NCBI GenBank assembly: GCA_965209055.1
Contig: OZ242374.1
Coordinates: 1,984,001 to 2,048,000 of the forward strand
Direction: 5' to 3'
From: Acidobacteriota bacterium
Lineage (GTDB): Bacteria; Acidobacteriota; UBA6911; RPQK01; JAJDTT01
DNA length: 64,000 nt
Shown here one piece after another: positions 56,991-64,000 of this stretch. The translations under genes and the position numbers were made by a program. A model generated the notes under the pieces. The model was not told the DNA's origin. It was given only the letters and a program-made list of their open reading frames with translations, and did not search any database. Within the stretch, counting starts at the first letter, position 1; each line of letters begins with the position of its first letter.

Positions 56991-59022
56991 CGGAACTTCA
57001 CTTCGGGTAGTCGGTCTAACTGTTTCTCTATCAGGAAGATAGAAGAAATCAACCTGGCCATTTACTGGCAACAAATCGGGTCGGATCCACGCCGAGCAAA
57101 TCGAAAGCCTTCGCCTGCACCGGCGTCGGCTTGGCGAACATCGCAAACGGATGCTGCGGGGCGTTCGGCAGAGCCACCTGGTTCAGGGTGAGCGTTCCGA
57201 GATTCGCCAGCAGCGTCCGGAGGCTCTGCACCGGGAGCCTGTCAGCCGTCCGCTTGCGCGCGGCCTTGGACTTCGTGCGCTCGGACACCTGCGCTTTTTC
57301 CACCGGGGATTTCCGCAGCGCTCGCGCCCCGACCCGATCCTCCTCCTCGAACAGCAGCGGCGCCAGGGCTCGTCGCAGGTGCCACTCCAGGTAATACGCC
57401 AGCAGACACAGAAAGACATGCCCGCGCACATGGGCCTCGCTGTAGACGTACACCGGGCGCAGGGCCAGCTGCGCCGTCTTGAGCGAGCGAAACGCCCGTT
57501 CCACCCGGGAGAGACTCTTGTACGCCTCCACCGCCTCCGAGGCCCCGATCTCGGAGGCCGCCAGGCTGGTGCGCACGATGTAGATGCCATCCAGTTGGGC
57601 CTCCGCGTCGATCTTCTCCTGGTTCCTGGACCAGCGGATGTCGTCGTCTCTCACCTCGATCCGGAAGTGCTTGGCGACCTTCTTGCGGTTCACGTCCCGG
57701 CCCACCCGGCGGTTGATCGCCTGTTGGCCGCGCAGCCGCGATCTCGGGGAGCGCACAGCCTTGGCGATTGTCTCCAGGATCTTTTCGGTCGCGCGGAGCA
57801 GTTCCTCCCGCTTGCGGGCGCGGTCCTGGCGCAAGCGGGGATTGAGGCAGACCAGCAAGCGTTCTCCGGGAAATTCCGGGCTGAGGATCTCCGCGACCCG
57901 GTCCGGAACCAACTCGCCCGGCCGCAACGGAGCCGGTTGATCCCCTTCAGTGCCCGATTTGGACGGCCGCATCAGCTTGCGGATGGCGTCCGTTCTCAAG
58001 GCCGAGATCCAGGCCAGTCCGGCCGGTGAGAGATCCTCGCGCAGCCGCGCCGTGGTGAGCATGCCCCGATCCCCGACCAAGGCGATGGACTCGATGCCGA
58101 AACGCCCCTGGATCTTCTCGACCTGCGACGCCACCGTCTTCGGATCCCCCGTGTTGCCGGAGAAGACCTCCACGGCCAGCGGGCAGCCGTCCTCGGCGCA
58201 CAGCAGACCGAAGACGATCTGGGGCTTGCCTTTCTTGCCGTCCCGGTTATGGCCGAACGCGGCCAGAGGACAGGAGCGTCCCTCCAGATAGCTGGAGGAG
58301 ACGTCGTAAAGCAGCAGGGTCCGGCCCTCCAGATGCCGTCGCGCCAAGCTCTTCTCGATCCAGACCTGGCGGCGAACCAACCAGTCGAGCATCGCGAGCA
58401 TCTCGTTGCCGTGGACCGGACCGAGGCCGAGGAGCGGGCCGAGGCTGGTGGTGGCGGTCTGGGGAGACAGGTTCCGGGCGGTGGCGAGCTTGGAAGCGGG
58501 ATCCAGCACGCGGGCGACGATGGCGGCGAGGGCGAGGTCGCGGTTGCGGCTGCGGTTGCGGTGCAGGAGGCGTGTCAGACCGAGTTGGCGGGCGAGGCCG
58601 AGGAGAGCGGCGACATGGCCGTGGGGCAGGGCGCGGCGAATGGAGAGGGTGTCGTCCAGGGGGTGGAAGACTTGACCACCCTTGAGCAGGGCGCGGATGC
58701 CGTCGACGATCTCCGGGGGGAGCTTGGAGAGGTTGGCGAGGGTGGTGCGGCGGATGCGTTTGCCCTCGCGTTTGGCGTGGCGGAAGAGGATGGCAGGGGG
58801 GCTGTTGCGGTTGGGGATGACATCGACGTGGTAGGACATGGGGAGGCGACCTCTTACATGGAAACAGTAATGAGCACTGATATACAAATGATACAGGATA
58901 ATACTGACAAACACACCGATCCCATACATGGAAACAAATATCCAGTTAGAGAGTGAGTCTAGCAAACCGTAACCGGCGCTATTTCAATGATTTGCTAGGG
59001 CTTGGGGGGCAGTGAAGTTCCG
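56991..59022 (-). mobile_element. IS1634-family insertion sequence, intact
   Basis: 12-bp IR CGGAACTTCACT / AGTGAAGTTCCG; flanking 6-bp direct repeat GCTAAA (56985-56990, 59023-59028). Confidence 0.88.
57049..58839 (-). CDS. IS1634-family DDE transposase
   Basis: LYDVSSSY, GHNRDGKKG, VGDRGM, YKSLSRVERAFRSLK, VRGHVFLCLLAYY. Confidence 0.95.
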   Translation of the reverse strand: MSYHVDVIPNRNSPPAILFRHAKREGKRIRRTTLANLSKLPPEIVDGIRALLKGGQVFHPLDDTLSIRRALPHGHVAALLGLARQLGLTRLLHRNRSRNRDLALAAIVARVLDPASKLATARNLSPQTATTSLGPLLGLGPVHGNEMLAMLDWLVRRQVWIEKSLARRHLEGRTLLLYDVSSSYLEGRSCPLAAFGHNRDGKKGKPQIVFGLLCAEDGCPLAVEVFSGNTGDPKTVASQVEKIQGRFGIESIALVGDRGMLTTARLREDLSPAGLAWISALRTDAIRKLMRPSKSGTEGDQPAPLRPGELVPDRVAEILSPEFPGERLLVCLNPRLRQDRARKREELLRATEKILETIAKAVRSPRSRLRGQQAINRRVGRDVNRKKVAKHFRIEVRDDDIRWSRNQEKIDAEAQLDGIYIVRTSLAASEIGASEAVEAYKSLSRVERAFRSLKTAQLALRPVYVYSEAHVRGHVFLCLLAYYLEWHLRRALAPLLFEEEDRVGARALRKSPVEKAQVSERTKSKAARKRTADRLPVQSLRTLLANLGTLTLNQVALPNAPQHPFAMFAKPTPVQAKAFDLLGVDPTRFVASKWPG

Positions 59023-59207
59023 GCTAAAGCCGGGTCGTTGCTGCTCTCCGTTCTCGTCGCTCAGGTGAGGCACTGCAAGCGCGAACACGCGAGCGTGAGG
59101 ATGACACTCCACTTCACGAATACCGATCGTTGATGCAAGGAATTCTTGTAGCGCGATGCCGTGAGACTAATTTGACTTACCAATCTCTCGATGCTACCAA
59201 TAGCGCC

Positions 59208-59486
59208 ATGCGACGGGTCACCTGGCTCAAACTGGCGGCAGTGCTGATGCTGCTTTCGTTCGCAGTCGTGACGGTGGGTTCGTTTCTGCACGAACACCAT
59301 GACAACGCGGTCGGCGACGATCACTGCGTTGATTGCCACGTCCAGCACCTCTCCTACGTCGAGACGCCGGCGCCACCGTCCGTTCTGATGCCCAGGCTTC
59401 TGCAGCAAGCCGTCGTTTCGGAGGCATGCTCCTTGGAGCTCAACGCCTCCCGTTCGCCCTATCCCTCCCGCGGGCCTCCGGCCTAG
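59208..59486 (+). CDS. DUF2946-like leader protein (TM/signal, His-rich, CxxC, C-terminal RGPP)
   Basis: MRRVTWLKLAAVLMLLSFAVVTVGSFLHEHH...HCVDCH...PSRGPPA-stop, directly upstream of a TonB-dependent receptor. Confidence 0.8.
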   Translation: MRRVTWLKLAAVLMLLSFAVVTVGSFLHEHHDNAVGDDHCVDCHVQHLSYVETPAPPSVLMPRLLQQAVVSEACSLELNASRSPYPSRGPPA

Positions 59487-59690
59487 ACGACTCCTAGCTT
59501 TCGTCGTTCCCCCAATCGCGGTCTATCGATCGCGGACTCAAAGGTTTCAACTATTTAGGAGTGTTTCATACTCCTGCAATGGGAGTGTTGTCGCCCTCGA
59601 TCATCTCAATCTCAGCGTCCCGCCGTGGCGGGCTGCTGGTTCGGTCGACGCCGTTCCCGCATACCACATTCATCCAGGAGACTGCCGCCA

Positions 59691-62600
59691 ATGAATCGAG
59701 AGTCCCGAAGGGTTATCCCCTGCCATAGAGAGATGTTGCGCCCGGTCCTGTTCTTCATTACGGCCACTTTGCTGTGCCTTTCCAGCGGCGGCATCGCCGC
59801 AGCTCAAGGCTCCACAGCGACGCTGGGCGGAACCGTTTTGGACCCACAGGGAGCGGTCGTCGTCAACGCGCAAGTCAGCGTGACGGATCCGACGACCGGA
59901 CAGCGACGAGAGAGCACGACGGGCACAGATGGGAGCTTCCTTGTCGCCCAGCTCGCGCCAAGCACCTACATTCTGGAAGTTGAGGCGAGAGGCTTCGCCC
60001 GAACACAGGTATCCGACCTGACGTTGAACGTTGGAGACCGCCGGCTCATTCCAGTTGTCTTGGCGGTGGCTGGCATGACCCAGACCTTCCAGGTCACGGC
60101 GCAGTCCGATCTGACTCCCGGCATCTCGAGTCTGATTGATCGGGAGTTTGTCGAGAATCAACCGCTGAACGGCCGAAGCTTTCAGTCGCTGATCCAACTA
60201 TCACCCGGCGTGGTGGCCACGACGGTGACCGTGGGCTCGCAAGGGCAGTTCAGCGTGAACGGGCAACGTCCGAGCACGAATTATTTCACGGTCGACGGCG
60301 TCAGCGCGAACTTCGGTTCGTCGGGTGCCGCGAATCTCTACGAGCAAGCCGGGGGCGGAGTGCCTATGTATTCGGCGCTGGGCACGACGGCTAGCCTCGT
60401 GTCGGTGGATGCACTCCAGGAGTTTTCCATTCAGACATCGACATACGCGGCAGAGTTCGGGAGGCAGCCGGGCGGTCAGGTGTCACTGGTGACGCGGAGC
60501 GGCGACAACACGTTCCACGGAAGCGTCTTCGAATACCTGCGAAATGATGTATTCGATGCCAATAACTACTTCGCAAACCGCAACGGCCTGGACAAGCCCG
60601 CGCTCCGGCAGAACAATTTTGGATTCACTCTAGGTGGACCGATCCTGCGCGACAAGACGTTCTTCTTCGTCTCTTACGAAGGATTGCGGCTGCGGCAGCC
60701 CGTGACCAGTTCGACGTACGAAGTCCCTTCGATCGAGGCGCGCGAGAATGCCCCGAAGCTTGTCCGACCGATACTCGATGCCTTCCCCCTGCCGACGGGG
60801 CCGGCTCTCGCAACGGATCCGAACACCGCAACCTTCGTTGCGGCCTACTCGGACAAATCCAGCCTGGACGCGATCGCCGTGCGCGTCGATCATCATCTCA
60901 ATTCGAACTGGAGCGTATTCGGTCGCTACAACTACGCGCCGTCGGCGAATGCCAAGCGCGCCGACTTCACTACGCCGAATGTGATTGCGGATACGCCGGC
61001 CGACACGCAGACGGCGACGGCGGGAGCAACGTTCATTCCGAACTCACAGGTTGTGAACGACCTGCGGATCAACTATTCGAATGCGCTCCAGGGCTACACG
61101 AGCACTCCGGACGACTTTGGAGGTGCCGTCGTTCCACCAGATTCCGTGCTCTTCCCGCCGTTTACCTCGACGGACCAGGGTCTCAGTTACATTCAGTTGA
61201 ACGCGACCTCGGCCTTGACATCCGGATTCAATGTGGAGAACACGCAGCGCCAGTGGAACGTCGTGAACACGGTGTCGGTGGCCGCCGGGGCTCACGAGCT
61301 TAAGTTCGGATTCGACTATCGGCGTATGTTTCCGTCGAACCAGGGAGCCGACCATCGCCGGTTCCTGCTTTACCGCAATGTTTCACAGGTTCTTAGCGGA
61401 TCCGTTCCGGTCTTGTTGCGAATCTCGACCAACACACCAGTGCTCGAGCCCAGCTTCACCAACGTCTCCGCTTTTGCTCAGGATACCTGGCGCGCGTCGC
61501 GGCGCCTCACCTTGACTTATGGTGTGCGATACGAGGCGAATCCCGCCCCTTCCGAGCGAAACGGAAACCTCCCCCTCACCGTTACCGGAGTGAGCGATCC
61601 GTCAACGATGTCGCTTGCACCGGAGGGAACGCGTTTTTACGAAACAGGTTACGGAAACTTCGCTCCCAGACTCGGCTTCTCCTATCAGCTGTTGCCGGAC
61701 GAGCCGATGGTGTTGCGCGGGGGCGTCGGCATCTTCTACGATCTTGGCTATACCTTTACGGGGGCGGCGCTGAGCACGGCAAACTACCCATACGGAAGGT
61801 CCGTGCTGAACTTCGGCGTCCCACTGGGCGCCGAAGTATACAACGCCCCGGTCGAAGCGGCACCGATCGCTCCGCCCTATGGAGCGCTCTTCGCGTACGA
61901 AGCCGGCTACAAACTCCCGTATTCCTCGCAGTACAGCCTGTCGATCGAACGCAGTTTCGGAGGGAACCTGGTGTCGGCAAGCTATGTCGGCTCTGCGGGC
62001 CGACGGCTGGGCCGGGTCGAGCGCCTGCAGAATCCGAATCCGGATTTCACTCGGGTCTCAATCGTGAGGAATGCCGCCCGGTCCGACTACAACTCGCTCC
62101 AGTTCAGTTACGAACGCCGACGGTCTTCGGGGGTCCAGGCGACCTTGTCGTATACGTTGGGCAAGTTGCTGGACACGGTGTCCGACGAGTCGGTGGCGAA
62201 CTACCAGGCTCCCGTTGACTCTCTCGATCCGGACGCCGACCGCGGGCCATCGTCATTCGATATTCGACACACGTTCAGCGCTGCAGCGAGCTACGACCTT
62301 CCGGCTCCTACCGACGGCGCGGCGCGTACATTACTCAGAGGCTTCTCGATCGACGCCATTCTCCGGGCCCGGTCGGCCGCGCCCGTGAACGTCCTGACTG
62401 GAACAGATCCGTTCGGCTTCGGATACACGACTGTCACCCGCCCTGATCGGATTCTAGACGTCCCTCTCTATCTGGATGATCCTGCCGCTGCAGGTGGCCG
62501 CCGGATCAATTCCGCCGCATTTGCAATTCCTCCGTCCGGACGTCAGGGGACAGCCGGACGGAACATCGCCCGCGGGTTCGCCGCCTGGCAACTGGACGCC

Positions 62601-62828
62601 GCTGTGCGGCGCAGCTTCGAGATCACCGATACAGCGCAGCTTCAGGTCCGAGTGGAAGCCTTCAACCTCTTCAATCGCCCCAACTTCGCCGATCCCGTTG
62701 GAGCCCTGAACAACCCGAACTTCGGTGTCTCGACGCAAATGCTCGGCAGCAGTCTCGGTGGGCTGAATGGCCTGTATCAGATCGGCGGGCCGCGGTCGAT
62801 GCAATTGGCGCTGAAGGTTTTGTTCTGA
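59691..62828 (+). CDS. TonB-dependent receptor (carboxypeptidase-regulatory-like N-domain, Oar-like barrel)
   Basis: AGGAG RBS; signal peptide; PLNGRSFQSLIQLSPGV, VDALQEF, TRSGDNTFHG, PRSMQLALKVLF. Confidence 0.9.
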   Translation: MNRESRRVIPCHREMLRPVLFFITATLLCLSSGGIAAAQGSTATLGGTVLDPQGAVVVNAQVSVTDPTTGQRRESTTGTDGSFLVAQLAPSTYILEVEARGFARTQVSDLTLNVGDRRLIPVVLAVAGMTQTFQVTAQSDLTPGISSLIDREFVENQPLNGRSFQSLIQLSPGVVATTVTVGSQGQFSVNGQRPSTNYFTVDGVSANFGSSGAANLYEQAGGGVPMYSALGTTASLVSVDALQEFSIQTSTYAAEFGRQPGGQVSLVTRSGDNTFHGSVFEYLRNDVFDANNYFANRNGLDKPALRQNNFGFTLGGPILRDKTFFFVSYEGLRLRQPVTSSTYEVPSIEARENAPKLVRPILDAFPLPTGPALATDPNTATFVAAYSDKSSLDAIAVRVDHHLNSNWSVFGRYNYAPSANAKRADFTTPNVIADTPADTQTATAGATFIPNSQVVNDLRINYSNALQGYTSTPDDFGGAVVPPDSVLFPPFTSTDQGLSYIQLNATSALTSGFNVENTQRQWNVVNTVSVAAGAHELKFGFDYRRMFPSNQGADHRRFLLYRNVSQVLSGSVPVLLRISTNTPVLEPSFTNVSAFAQDTWRASRRLTLTYGVRYEANPAPSERNGNLPLTVTGVSDPSTMSLAPEGTRFYETGYGNFAPRLGFSYQLLPDEPMVLRGGVGIFYDLGYTFTGAALSTANYPYGRSVLNFGVPLGAEVYNAPVEAAPIAPPYGALFAYEAGYKLPYSSQYSLSIERSFGGNLVSASYVGSAGRRLGRVERLQNPNPDFTRVSIVRNAARSDYNSLQFSYERRRSSGVQATLSYTLGKLLDTVSDESVANYQAPVDSLDPDADRGPSSFDIRHTFSAAASYDLPAPTDGAARTLLRGFSIDAILRARSAAPVNVLTGTDPFGFGYTTVTRPDRILDVPLYLDDPAAAGGRRINSAAFAIPPSGRQGTAGRNIARGFAAWQLDAAVRRSFEITDTAQLQVRVEAFNLFNRPNFADPVGALNNPNFGVSTQMLGSSLGGLNGLYQIGGPRSMQLALKVLF

Positions 62829-62842
62829 CACCGAAATCGCCG

Positions 62843-64000
62843 ATGATCTTTCACGTCGCACATCGGGAACTGCGGGAAACGATCCGGGACGGGCGTTTCC
62901 GGTGGAGCGCGTCCATCATTCTATTGCTGATCCTCGTCTCCTTCATCTCCGGCTGGGATTACCTGAGAACCGCCACACGGTACGAGGCCATCGTCCAGTC
63001 CGCGGAACGCGAACGCTGGCTGGACAAGGGAGAGATGAACCCACACTCGGCAGCGCACTACGGCCAGTACCTGTTCAAGCCGCGGCTGCCGATTGAGTCG
63101 GTCGATCCGGGGATCGCACCATACTCAGGGATTTCGATCCTGGTGGAGCCACACGTTCAGAATCTCTCGCGCTACAAGCCTGCCGCCGAGACGGCAACGG
63201 GTGGTCGGGCCGGCCGCGTGACGGTCGCTATGACCCTGCAGATCCTGGTTCCACTGCTCATTGTTCTCTCTCTTTTCTCGACGTTCACTTCAGAGCGCGA
63301 GCAGGGGACGCTGCGGCTCTTGCTGAGCCTGCCCGTAAGCTCCCGGCGGCTCGCCATCGGAAAGGTGCTGGGCGCGGCTGTGCCCTGGCTGGCATGTCTC
63401 GTACCTGCGTCCGTGCTCGGAGCCGCCGTGCTCATCCGATCCGATGCCGCATTGCCGGCGTCGGACATCGTGCTTCGAATGGCGTTGTTTGCCGCAGCGT
63501 ATCTGCTGTACTTCCTTCTCATGATTCTCGTCACAGTAACCGTGTCAGCACTGTCCGGTCGATCCCGCACGGCACTGGCCTGCTTGCTGGCCTTCTGGTT
63601 CGTGACCGGAATCCTGGCGCCGCCGCTGGCGATGGATATCGCGACCGCCAGGCATCCGGTTCCGAACGGCTTCGAGTTCCAGGCGGCCATTGCTCGAGAT
63701 CGCGCGGAGCTGCCCCCGCTGGTCACCCGAATCTTCGCGGTCGAAGAACGGATGCTCGAGGACTATGGCGTGTCGTCGACTCGCGATCTGCCGCTTGTAC
63801 CGAGCGGCGTGGCATTGATGGAAGACGAGGCGGACAACACGCGAATACACGAGAGACACTTCACACGGCTGTACGATACGTACGAGGATCAGACTCGTCT
63901 GTTCTCATTGCTCGGCCTGGGCTCTCCGCTGCTCGCGGTCCAGTCACTTTCCATGGGTTTTGCCGGTACTGATTTTGCTCACCAACGGCACTTCGCCGAG
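62843..64000 (+). CDS. ABC-2-type permease (DUF3526-like), truncated by the window end
   Basis: Hand translation: MIFHVAHRELRETIRDGRF...NPHSAAHYGQYLFKP...LVPLLIV...SEREQGTLRLLLS; no stop seen before 64000. Confidence 0.85.
   Translation, partial: MIFHVAHRELRETIRDGRFRWSASIILLLILVSFISGWDYLRTATRYEAIVQSAERERWLDKGEMNPHSAAHYGQYLFKPRLPIESVDPGIAPYSGISILVEPHVQNLSRYKPAAETATGGRAGRVTVAMTLQILVPLLIVLSLFSTFTSEREQGTLRLLLSLPVSSRRLAIGKVLGAAVPWLACLVPASVLGAAVLIRSDAALPASDIVLRMALFAAAYLLYFLLMILVTVTVSALSGRSRTALACLLAFWFVTGILAPPLAMDIATARHPVPNGFEFQAAIARDRAELPPLVTRIFAVEERMLEDYGVSSTRDLPLVPSGVALMEDEADNTRIHERHFTRLYDTYEDQTRLFSLLGLGSPLLAVQSLSMGFAGTDFAHQRHFAE

Overview
GC-rich bacterial window, probably Acidobacteriota (inferred from gene repertoire and REP style, not proven). 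From left to right: two secreted sialidase/BNR proteins, an IS481 remnant, a REP cluster, coaE and tmRNA (ssrA, tag ANDEFALAA). ssrA is an integration hotspot, and its 3' end recurs at 20696 and 32890, defining two tandem islands. Island 1 carries a P4-like integrase, tRNA-Leu(UAA), an ArdC-like fusion protein with a structured downstream region, a decayed TA pair, a PLD-SNF2 helicase plus type IIG-like methyltransferase, an uncharacterised three-gene operon ending in a papain-like protein, and an hsdR remnant. Island 2 has no integrase and carries two TPR-like paralogs, a 557-aa unknown, an OLD nuclease, a HEPN protein and IS1634. Next comes a run of co-oriented genes, each bounded by the direct repeat GGGGACAGTCAC like a cassette array. 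A riboswitch-controlled cobalamin uptake/salvage cluster follows (cbiB, cbiZ, pduO-type, cobN, chlID-like, btuB/C/D, three binding proteins, a HutX-like unknown, cobQ). The window ends with a second IS1634 and a CxxC/RGPP leader ORF upstream of a TonB-dependent receptor and ABC permease. The best candidates for novelty are the repeat-delimited cassette array, the three-gene papain-like operon, and the tRNA-bearing ssrA island with its ArdC fusion.
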